From Candidatus Bathyarchaeota archaeon (GTDB taxonomy: Archaea > Thermoproteota > Bathyarchaeia > Bathyarchaeales > DTEX01), in the NCBI GenBank assembly GCA_963714275.1, contig CAVQNT010000002.1:608001-672000 (forward strand): a stretch of 64,000 bases of DNA, in the 5' to 3' direction. Shown piece by piece: positions 55,122 through 64,000 of this stretch. The first letter of the stretch is position 1. Each line of letters opens with the position of its first letter. The notes beneath the pieces are model-generated. The model worked only from the letters and a program-made list of their open reading frames with translations. It ran no database searches and had not been told where the DNA came from. A program made the position numbers and the translations under genes.

Positions 55122-56634
55122 CTATGGTTTCCCGATTTTTTCCCATATCGGCGGAATCCTTTTGTTCGCTTCCGGACCGAGTATGACGGGTTCTACGCCA
55201 CTGATTTCGCATAGGTACTCGAGTTTGCGGAGGTGGTTGCCTGAAACCGCTAGTATGTGGTTGCTGGGGAACAGCTTTGTGAACTCGTCGAACCCGCAGT
55301 GCAGCCTTGCGTGGACGTGTGGCCAAGTTGGGTTGGTTTCCTCGTTTATTGCCTTTCTTTCCTTGGGTGGCAGGTCGAGGGCTTCGCCTGAAACGATGAC
55401 CATGTAGAACTTGTCGTCCCAGAGCCCGAGGCGTGCAAAGGTTAATTCGCCAGCTGCAGCGTCAAACTCGACTGAGGCTCCGCCTGCTTTGAAATAGTAT
55501 TCCAGGGCTGGGTGAAAGGTTACCTTTTTGAAGTTCTCTTCGGGACTTGTACTTCGCGCCGCGTACCAGCTCGCGTGGTTTCCCGAGTTGCAGAAGTCCC
55601 ACATGTCCTTGTCGGGATGGTACAGTCGGACGTCCATGAAAAGCACGGGCAAGCCTCCGGTGATGTACTTGAGGAGCTGCATTGTGACGGCTGCGAGTGA
55701 GTCAGCTTCGGTTGCGCAGACGGTTGTTTCTTTCGTTCCGTTCCAGTCGTAGGGGTCGTTCATAAGCATCTCGGGAACGTCGCCGAGACACACGTACTCC
55801 GTTAGTTCACGCTGCCCTTTCAGCCCGCAGAAGTCGAATCCTTTCTCTTCGTTAACCATCTTCATGGATAAGTAGAGCTTAATCTGGGTCTTCAGGGTTT
55901 CTGGGGTAAGCATTTTCCCGTCGTACTTTAAGCGTGGACCCAGAAGATGTTCGAACCATTTCAGTCCCTTTTCTACTTGTTTCGGGTCAACCTCTTCCAT
56001 CTTCTTAACGAGTAAAAGCTGGTCAATCTGGCGGACCGTGACGCCGAACGTTTTGATTGTCGGGACGAGGTGGAAGTATCCTGTTTCCATGCCCATCGAG
56101 TGGCCTCCGTACATGCCGTAAACCTCGTTTTGGATAGTCGAATAGGCTTGGGACGCGTAAACCCAGTCAACTACTTTGGCTTGTGTCTCAGGGTCGTCCA
56201 TTCCGCCAACAATCCGTTGAGTCTTAATTCCAGCTTGACGCGAAGCCTCCGTCCGTGGCGAGTAACCCGACGTTTCCGGGGAACTTTCCGCTGTTGTTCG
56301 AAAGGCACAGGATTGGTTTGTTTCGACCTAGGCTGTTGATGAAGGGCCACACAAAGAACGGGAAATTCCACACGTAATAACACAGAATCACCTGCTTGCA
56401 GTTTGCCCTCGACAGTTCTTCACCGACCTTCTGAGCGGACCTGACTGAGGTTATGATTTCTGAGCCCATGACGACTTCCGGAGAGGTGCCGTCGACGTTT
56501 TTTGCTTCTTTTCTGATGATTTCAGCCCAACCCTTAACAACCTTAATGCATTCTTGGGTATTTGCCTTCCAGACATGTTCCCTTTCGTCATTAAACATGA
56601 CAAGACCGATAGGTGTGCTCTTCAAAGGTTTCAC
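55122..56634 (-). CDS. L-fucose/D-arabinose isomerase-like protein, indel near 56245
   Basis: ATEAD, FMDVR, CNSG, TFARL, WPH, SNH. Confidence 0.82.
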
Positions 56635-56689
56635 CGCTTGAATAATGGAAGCCGAACAAGATTAAAGCGTTATGGCATGCGTTCACAGG

Positions 56690-56821
56690 TGGCGGGCCCG
56701 GAGGGAATTGAACCCTCGACCTACGGGTAACTCCGCGGACAATGGCTTAGCGCGTAAGAGCCTCAGCCCAGCTTATTATCGTGTTCTGGTCCGCCGCTCT
56801 ACCTGGCTAAGCTACGGGCCC
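56690..56821 (-). tRNA. tRNA-Lys(CTT) with two introns (30/31 and 37/38), CCA encoded
   Basis: GGGCCCG acceptor; removing 56762-56790 and 56729-56754 (both BHB) gives a 77-nt cloverleaf. Confidence 0.93.
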
Positions 56822-56931
56822 AATTTTACGTCGCTGAATAGGTTACTTATGGAAATTACTAATAACCTTTTCTTTCAATCTTACAACGATAATAGGCTTA
56901 AAAGTGGTTCTTTAGCTGGTGGTGTAAAGGT

Positions 56932-57739
56932 TTGGGTGAGCTTGTCTTCGTTGGGTTAGGACTTTTCGACGAGAACGATGTGTCTCTTCGTGGACTGAAG
57001 GAGGCTAAGTTGGCGGATTATGTTTTCGCTGAGTTCTATACGAGTTTGATGGGTGGTCTTTCATTGGAAAGATTGGAGAAAAAGGTCGGAAGGAAGGTCA
57101 CAATTGTTACAAGGAAAACACTTGAAGAAGAGAACGGAGAACTTATCTTGCATAAAGCTGCGAACATGAAGGTTGTTTTTCTGGTTTCGGGCGACCCTTT
57201 GATTGCGACTACTCATGTTGATCTGAGGGTTCGGGCGGAGAAGCGCGGGATAAAGACAAGTGTTGTGCATGGCACCTCAATCGTTTCAGCGGCGATGGGT
57301 GATTCTGGGCTTCAGAACTACAGGTTTGGGAGAAGCGTAACAGTTCCGTTACCTGAAGGGGGCGTGGTTTCTGAGACCCCTTACAACGTGGTCGGAGAGA
57401 ACAGGGCTCGAGACCTACATACCCTCTGTTTTCTGGACGTTAAAGCCGAAAAAAAGACTTTTCATGACTGTCAGGGAAGCCCTTGATATTTTATTGTCAA
57501 TAGAAAAGAAGAAACAAAAGCACGCCATAACCTTGGACAACATCGCTGTTGGCTTAGCCCGAGTTGGAGCTAAAGATGAAGTCGTGAAGGCTGACAGGAT
57601 AAAGGCTCTTTTAGGCTTCGATTTTGGCAGTCCGCCGCACATCCTTGTCTTTCCTGCACCTAGGCTTCACTTCATGGAGGCTGAGTCTCTCATTAGTCTT
57701 GCGGGTGCACCTGAACACGTGAACGAGTTGGTTGGGTAA
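56932..57739 (+). CDS. dph5: Diphthine synthase, indel near 57457
   Basis: FVGLGL, EFYTS, GDPLIATTH, GLQNYRFG, LHTLCFLD. Confidence 0.93.
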
Positions 57740-57741
57740 CA

Positions 57742-58002
57742 TTGATGAGTTCGAAGGAGCTTGCTGCCAAATATATTTTGAAGGCTGAACATGCCTTGAC
57801 CGAGCTTAAGACAGTCAACGGTGAAAGGCGTCTCAACATTGATAAGGTCAAAACAGTCATTGACGAGGCGAAGAGATATCTTGAGGACGCGAAGTATTAT
57901 TTTGCGAATAAAAGGTTTGAGACGAGCTTGGCTTCGGTTGCGTACTGCGAGGGGCTGCTGGATGCTTTGCGGATGTTGGGCTATGTGGAGTTTTCGTGGT
58001 AG
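57742..58002 (+). CDS. DUF357 family protein
   Basis: YLEDAKYY...AYCEGLLDA. Confidence 0.82.
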   Translation: MMSSKELAAKYILKAEHALTELKTVNGERRLNIDKVKTVIDEAKRYLEDAKYYFANKRFETSLASVAYCEGLLDALRMLGYVEFSW

Positions 58003-58015
58003 GTGAACGGCGAAG

Positions 58016-58482
58016 ATGGCTGAAAAAAAGAAGGAAAAGGTGGTCTTGGCCTCGGGGGCTTTCGACCTGCTACATTATGGGCACGTGTACTATTTGTCTG
58101 AGGCGAAGAAGGCGGGGGGCGAAAACGCGAAGCTAGTCGTCATCGTCGCCAAGGACAGGACGGTTGAAAAGTTCAAGGGCGCGAAGCCCATTATCTCCGA
58201 GGACCAGCGGAGGGCAGTTGTCGAATCCCTAAAGGTAGTTGACGAGGCAATCCTCGGCTACGAAGACATGGACATGCTTAGGGTCATAGAAAAAGTGAAG
58301 CCCGACATCGTCGCACTCGGTTACGACGAGGAAAGAATAGAGAAAGACCTCAGAAGCTTTTAGCTGAAAAAGGACTCGGCATCAAAGTCTTGAGGGTCAG
58401 CCAGTTCACCGAAAGGGACCTTGTTAGCTCCTCAAAAATCAAAAGACGAATCATCGAAAACTACAGGGCGAACGTAAAGTAA
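58016..58482 (+). CDS. ribL: Archaeal FAD synthase (cytidylyltransferase family), indel near 58355
   Basis: GAFDLLHYGH, VAKD, LGYD, SSSKI. Confidence 0.85.
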
Positions 58483-58483
58483 C

Positions 58484-58916
58484 CTAGGCCTCCTCGCTTT
58501 CCCGCTTGCTGAAGTATTTTATGCCTTCTCACTCTTCATAGCCAAGTTTTTTGAACAGCTCTTTAGATACCCTGTTGTGGTCCATGATTAAGGCACTGAA
58601 GATTTTGACGCCATTTTTGCGCAAAACCTTCTCCGCTTCAGCGATCAAAGCCTTGGCGACGCCTTGTCTCCTATGCTTTGGGTGAACGGCCAAGCGGTTT
58701 ATCCAGCCTTTCCGCCCGTCGCTGCTCGCGATGACGGTTCCTACGAGATGAGCATCCGTGAAGGCTCCGATGAAAAACTCAGGGCACATTCTCATTTGTG
58801 CTTCTATAGATGCTTTGCTGTCTCTTCCTCTGGGCCTAATCGGTAAATCCGCTTCTTTCCAGAGATTCACCATCTATCGTAGTCGCAAAAGTTAACGTTC
58901 GGATACAAAAATCCAA
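58484..58916 (-). CDS. GNAT acetyltransferase with indels at the 5' end and an in-frame TGA at 58529-58531
   Basis: DGRKGWINRLAVHPKHRRQGVA; the frame continues EGIKYFSKRESEEA after the TGA. Confidence 0.8.
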
Positions 58917-59015
58917 TCTTACCAATCCCAAGAAAACCTTTCAGCGTTCTAACTATTTTTGGCAATAAATATCTGTTAGTGAAAAAGGTTATTTTTAAGA
59001 TTTACCTCGTCGAAC

Positions 59016-60958
59016 CTAGGGCAACCCAAGAAGGGACAATATTCTGAATGTTACTCCGCCAACCAACAGCGCGAAGAGTATCTCGAACACCGTGATGAGT
59101 AGCGCTTTCTTCCAGCCGATTTCTTTAACGAGCGTAGCAATAGTAGCCACACATGGAATGTACAGCATGATCACAAGGGTGAACACAACCATCTGTACAG
59201 GCATCAAAACTGCAAGGTTTGACCCAAGCAAAGTAGCAAGCATAATTAACGTGGAGCTCCTTCCTGATCACGCCGAAGAAAAGGGCGATGCCCATCTCAG
59301 GCCTCAACCCGAGCCATGTCACCGTCAGGGGGCTCATGGCTTGAACAATCGGTCCCAACAAGCCAAAAATGTCCGCTGCCTTGATTGCGAGGGTACTTAC
59401 GATTATCAGCGGAAGAGCCATCTTGATGTATTCGCCTAGCCTGAACGAGGTTTGAGTCAACGCCGTCTTCAAGTGGGGAACCCGGTACTCACTCATCTCC
59501 ATTATGAGGTCAGTCGGTTCGCCGGGAAAAGCCTTGAACGCGAACCTTCCAAGCATCATAACAATGACCAAATTTACTAAGTAAAGCATCAACACCCATC
59601 CGAAGCCGACATATTTTCCGACTAAGCCAAGCACGACAACGGTCACGGCGGCGCAAGGCACCAAAGTAACGACGAAGATGGCTAGAAGCCGCTCCCGTTC
59701 AGTCTCCATTATCTTACATGCTAAACACGCGGGGACGTTGCAGCCGAAAGCAAGCATCACGGGGATGAAGGCTTTACCATGTAGCCCAATCTTGTGCATC
59801 ACCGCATCCATGAGGTAAGCGATTCGACTGAGGTAACCTGAGTCCTCAAGGAGGTAAAGTGCAAGATAAAACGGTACAATGTACGGAATAGCAATGGTGA
59901 CAGAAGCTTATGACGCCTTCCATGACTCCTCCCCAAAGCAGACTCCTTAACTAAGCCTTCTCCGAAAACTGCTGTGAAGATGGGTTCCAAACCGTAAAGG
60001 AGGCTGCCGAAGTAGCTGGAGACAAAGCCTCCGAAGGCGAAAATGGACCAGAAAACAAGAAGCAGGACGCCCGCCATTATGAGGTAGCCTGAGACGCTTT
60101 TGGTCGTGAGTTCATGGATACGTTCAGTTATGGTCTGCTTTGTATGTGGCTGAATCTTCTGAACTTGGCTCGCGATGCATCGGGCGGTCTCGTATCTTTC
60201 AGAGGCTACCACTGTTTCCATGTGTGTCGGTGAATTTTTCAATTTCTGTTGCTAGTTTTTTTGTGGTTTCAAGGATTTCGGGGGTTTTCTCGCGGATTTG
60301 CTTCTCGATTTCTTCGTCGCCTTCCAGCAGTTTGATGGCTGTCCATCGGGCTGGATACTTGAATTTTGATTCTTCAACGAGATTAACGAGCTTCTCGATC
60401 CTTTCCTCGATCTCTTTTCCGTACGTGATCCGGGTGGGTTTTACTTCACCTTTCTCGATTGTCTCAACAGCCTTTTCCAGCAGTCCGTAGACTCCGTTGC
60501 CTTTGATGGCTACTGTTGGAACAACGGGTACGCCCAGAATTTCAGCGAGTCTTTGGGAATCTACCTCTATGCCTTTCTTGGTGGCGATGTCCACCTGGTT
60601 TAACGCCAGGACCATTGGAACTTCCAGTTCCATCAGCTGCAGAGTGAAGAAGAGGTTTCTTTCAAGAACCGAGGCGTCGACAACGTTGATCACAAGGTCA
60701 GGCTCTATTCGAAGGCTATGTACTCCCTGGTAGACCCAGCTCCTCCAGAGAAAAAGTTGAAAGCGAGTAGATGCCAGGGAAGGTCGATAACATCGATCAG
60801 GTAACCCTCTAAATAAAGGGTTCCTTCCGCCTTCTCAACAGTCTTGCCAGGCCAGTTTCCAATGTGCTGATGCAGTCCTGTTAAATGATTGAAGATGACT
60901 GATTTGCCGACATTTGCGTTTCCAGCTAACGCGATGGTGAGTTTCTTTGCTGCTACTT
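59016..60958 (-). CDS. feoB: Ferrous iron transporter FeoB, multiple indels
   Basis: [39 protein letters not shown]. Confidence 0.9.
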
Positions 60959-61239
60959 GTCTTCTCCACGAGGATCTTTTCCGCCATGCCTCTTCCAAGC
61001 GCGAGCCTGGACCCTCTGACAATCACCTCTATCGGTCCGTGGAAGGGCGCTGCCTTCGAGATTTCGACTTGTGTTCCAGGAGTCAGACCCATGTCCATGA
61101 GCCTTCTGACGAACCCGTGGCCTTCGCCATGTCCCAATCCTTTTCCCCTGGGGTTCGGCGTTATTGAGACGATTACGCCTGTTTCTCCAGCCTTGAGTGT
61201 CGTCAATGGTGTCTTTAATCCGCTGTCTTGTGGTTCCAT
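60950..61239 (-). CDS. feoA: FeoA (3' end uncertain)
   Basis: [27 protein letters not shown]. Confidence 0.88.
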
Positions 61240-61937
61240 TTTTCCACCCCTGCGTGAGCATGAAAATCAACTCCTGATTTTTTCACTTTTACTCGAATGG
61301 CTGAGGCGATCTTTGAGGTTGTCTTTTTGTAAGTTCCGTTGGTTTGAAAAGTGACGGTGCCGTTGCGGAGGTTTCTATCGACGACCTTGACGTGAACTCC
61401 TGGTTTCAGCCCCAGCCTTTCAATGTGCTCAAGCATTGTTTGTCTCTCGTCGGTGATGCGGGTCACGGTTCCCTCTGCACCGAGGACTGAGGGTTGACAG
61501 CGGTGCCGTTGATTCTTCAGCGATCCGCCTGACAGCGTCGGTATAGGGTTTCCGTGGGGGCAGGTTGGGGGCTGTTCGAGGAGTTTCTCGATGTTTCTGG
61601 CGACTTCTTCGGTTACGCCGTGTTCAAGGTGGCAGGCAGTCGTGGATTCGGTCCCATTTCATCCTGAGCACGTCTGAAAGGAGCCTTTCGGATAATCGGT
61701 GTTTCTTAGAACTTGGAGGGCAATAGTTCGACCTTCCTTGGTGAGTTTTACACCTTGGTAGGCTTCGTGTTTGATTAAGCTCTTTTTTTCTAAGCGTTCA
61801 ACCGTGTTTGTGACTATCCCGGGTGCGATGTGAAGCATTTTTACGAGTTTGCTTGTTCGGGCTGCTCCGTCTCTTTCTTGGAGTCTGTAGATGGATTCGA
61901 GGAACTCTTCGATTTGGCTCGTTACTTCCTCAGTCAA
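61215..61937 (-). CDS. DtxR/MntR metal-dependent repressor with FeoA-like C-domain, several indels
   Basis: EEFLESIY, LTKEG, HRLSERLL, LEH, CPHGNPIP across frames. Confidence 0.85.
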
Positions 61938-61964
61938 GATAAATCACTTTTTGTATACAGTAAA

Positions 61965-61980
61965 TTACGATGGGTCGGAA
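61965..61980. promoter_or_regulatory. Possible DtxR-family operator
   Basis: Imperfect palindrome TTACGA-N4-TCGGAA directly downstream of a minus-strand TTTAAT box, upstream of the dtxR-like gene. Confidence 0.3.
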
Positions 61981-62091
61981 ATTAAACTTGTTGCATGACC
62001 AATCGGCGATGGTAAAGGCTAAAATCGTTCTTAAGGATTTAAGACTTTGAGTGATAATAAAAATATGAGGTTATGTATAGAGGTGTGAGTC

Positions 62092-62319
62092 ATGGATAAG
62101 CATTATTTTAAGGAACGTTGGGCTAGATCATTGATTAAGGCAATTACATATAGAGTTATTATTATCGTATTGGATTTTATTGTGGTTTACCTTCTTTCTG
62201 GAAAGGTTGAAACTGCATTTTGGTTCATGTTAATCAGCAACATCTACACAAGCGCAGCATATTTTGTTCATGAAAGAGTCTGGGACGGCATAAACTGGGG
62301 GAAAAAGCACGTTAGCTGA
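62092..62319 (+). CDS. DUF2061 membrane protein
   Basis: RSLIKAITYR...YFVHERVW..I.WG. Confidence 0.85.
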   Translation: MDKHYFKERWARSLIKAITYRVIIIVLDFIVVYLLSGKVETAFWFMLISNIYTSAAYFVHERVWDGINWGKKHVS

Positions 62320-62383
62320 ATTTGTTCAATCCCAAAGAGTTAACAGAACTAAGAATCAGTTAAGTCTTTAAGGTGGATCATCT

Positions 62384-63226
62384 GTGAAGGTTGGGTTTCA
62401 TGTTTCAATCGCTGGCACACTGGATGAGGCTGTGGACAGGGCAGTGGAGATAGGCTGCAACACGTTCCAGATGTTCACTCGGACTCCCAGGGCTTGGGCT
62501 GCCGCGTATTTGGCTGAAGCTGAGGTCAAGGCTTTCGTTGACAAGGTGAACAGTTTCGACGTGAAGCCTGTTTTTGCGCATATCCCCTACCTACTGAACT
62601 TAGCTTCCGCGAGGCGGGACGTTTACGTTAAGTCCGTTATGACATTAAAGGAGGAGCTAGGCAGGTGCAGGAGTCTCGAGATTCCTTTCTTGGTTACGCA
62701 TTTGGGCAGCCATTTGGGTTCTGGGAAGAAGTTGGGCTTTGAACGTATAGTCGACGCTGTTAATGAGGTTTTCAGGTCTGGCGAATGTGGGGTCATGTTG
62801 CTGCTTGAGAACACGGCTGGGACAAGAAACAGCATGGGCGACCGGTTCGAAGATATAAAATACATAATCGACAGCTTAGCTCGTCCTGAGGCTGTGGGTG
62901 TCTGTTTCGACACTTCGCACGGTTTTGCTGCAGGCTACGACCTTCGCAGCGAAAAAGCTGTCAATCAGACCTTGCGCATGTTCGACGAGGTTATCGGGTT
63001 CGACAAGCTTCAGCTCGTTCACCTGAACGATTCTTTGGGCGGGTTAGGTTCGCGGGTTGACCGTCACCAGCACATTGGCTTGGGCGAAATCGGCGAAAGA
63101 GGCTTCAGGGCTATTTTGCACAGTAGGTTTAGGGAGGTGCCTTTAGTCATGGAGACTCCTTGGGACGAAGCTGGAAGCGACATTGATAATCTTCGGAAAG
63201 TTAAAGAGTCAGCTGGAGAGCTTTGA
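62384..63226 (+). CDS. nfo: Endonuclease IV
   Basis: GFHVSI, HIPYLLNL, ENTAG, DTSH, HLNDS, DRHQHIG, ETP. Confidence 0.94.
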   Translation: MKVGFHVSIAGTLDEAVDRAVEIGCNTFQMFTRTPRAWAAAYLAEAEVKAFVDKVNSFDVKPVFAHIPYLLNLASARRDVYVKSVMTLKEELGRCRSLEIPFLVTHLGSHLGSGKKLGFERIVDAVNEVFRSGECGVMLLLENTAGTRNSMGDRFEDIKYIIDSLARPEAVGVCFDTSHGFAAGYDLRSEKAVNQTLRMFDEVIGFDKLQLVHLNDSLGGLGSRVDRHQHIGLGEIGERGFRAILHSRFREVPLVMETPWDEAGSDIDNLRKVKESAGEL

Positions 63227-63241
63227 CGGGGCGAATGCCCA

Positions 63242-63415
63242 TTGACTGAGAAAAGGCGTTGTGAGGGTTGCGGTGCGGTCATGTCTGAAGAGAACGTTAT
63301 GAAGCTTCAGCTTGACGATGGGTCTTGGGAGACGGTTCCTCTTCCTTTGTGCCCGAAGTGCTTCAAGGAGTCGCTGGTTCAGCTCGCCAAGAAAGAAAGG
63401 CAAGGTAAACGTTAA
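63242..63415 (+). CDS. Small zinc-ribbon protein (57 aa; absent from the ORF track)
   Basis: MTEKRRCEGC...LCPKCFKE; CxxC and CPxC pair. Confidence 0.6.
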   Translation: MTEKRRCEGCGAVMSEENVMKLQLDDGSWETVPLPLCPKCFKESLVQLAKKERQGKR

Positions 63416-63501
63416 GCCTTGTCTTTGGTCTTGAGCTTTTGTGGGGTGTTAGTTTTTTAGGTTCGTTCGTTGTTTGTTTCCTGTGGTGTTAAGCGTTGGT
63501 T

Positions 63502-64000
63502 TTGCCTGTTAAGGTGTTCGAGATTACGGAGGACGTTGACTTCGGGTTTTTGGTTCAGAAGCTAAAGAACTTCCGTGAGGAGGAGGCTTACCGGATTGAG
63601 TCGGGTCAAGAGATATCTTTGGTCACCGAAATCCTTGACCTGAAAGTCGAGGGCGAGGTCATTTCGGGGGTTTTCAGTAAGGACTTTGTTGGTGCCAGTT
63701 TCTACAAGCGGGAGCTGGTTGAGACTCCGGGAACTGAGGAGGCTCCTTTCTGGATCGTTTCTTACGACAAGCGCAAATTTCTGATCGTTTTGGCTCCTTC
63801 GGTTGCCCGTGGCGTGAAGAAGCTGCTTACGGGAACCGTCGCGAACAAGCTCAGCCGAGTCCTGTTTATTCAGATCGGCGCGATTGTTGAGGTGAACATT
63901 CCGAATGAGGTTTTGCGGGAGCTGCACGAGTCGAATCCTGCTGCGACGAAGCTGATTTGGTTTGACAACGTCGACATTCCCGGCGTCGAGAAGCTGTGCC
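63502..64000 (+). CDS. Hypothetical protein, truncated by the window end
   Basis: Open frame MPVKVFEITEDVDFGFLVQKLKNFREEE... with coding-like composition; not traced fully to the edge. Confidence 0.55.
   Translation, partial: MPVKVFEITEDVDFGFLVQKLKNFREEEAYRIESGQEISLVTEILDLKVEGEVISGVFSKDFVGASFYKRELVETPGTEEAPFWIVSYDKRKFLIVLAPSVARGVKKLLTGTVANKLSRVLFIQIGAIVEVNIPNEVLRELHESNPAATKLIWFDNVDIPGVEKLC

Noticed and set aside
15146-56690. tRNA-anchored integrated elements downstream of either tRNA
   Set aside because: Accessory genes lie downstream of both tRNAs, but I saw no duplicated tRNA 3' end and no integrase
15199-56959. ORFs 15199..15486 and 56672..56959 and most short antisense ORFs
   Set aside because: Shadow frames over tRNAs or over well-supported genes on the opposite strand
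58529-58531. In-frame TGA in the GNAT gene as selenocysteine or readthrough
   Set aside because: Not at a catalytic Cys-type position, no SECIS seen, and the local sequence is error-rich
126-61937. Mass pseudogenisation or programmed frameshifting
   Set aside because: Breaks hit essential genes, are mostly single-base, lack slippery-site logic and track AGCT or homopolymers; sequencing error is far more likely
126-61937. Additional BHB mRNA introns at the other frame breaks
   Set aside because: The breaks I examined are repaired by one- or two-base changes with no surplus sequence or BHB; only cbf5 qualifies. In-frame introns cannot be excluded by eye

Overview
Archaeal chromosomal window, most consistent with Bathyarchaeia (TACK); the lineage is an inference from the gene set. 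Core genes include cbf5, eL14, eL41, an EF-2 paralog, SRP54, aIF5A, Nob1, pelota, Trm5, Dph5, CarS, RadB and Mtd. They are interleaved with accessory sugar-catabolism genes (GH26, GH35, GH106-like, DUF4038, fucose isomerase-like, RidA/SelA-like/amidohydrolase), several DNA-repair enzymes and a DtxR-feoA-feoB iron locus. Many genes carry small indels that are probably long-read errors; by my manual count most fall in or beside the tetramer AGCT, which suggests an AGCT DNA modification. RNA-level features: a 28-nt bulge-helix-bulge (BHB) mRNA intron splitting the catalytic Asp codon of cbf5, a tRNA-Ser(GGA) with three introns, a tRNA-Lys(CTT) with two introns, and a promoter-bearing ~90-nt hairpin RNA candidate with a C-rich loop between nob1 and pelota. 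An unexplained bipartite repeat (TCTGW-TTTG-N4-RCA-N13-TTTG-N4-RCA) occurs three times in tandem near 4 kb and once near 10 kb. I saw no CRISPR array, rRNA, transposase or integrase. All family calls come from motif recognition, not database searches.
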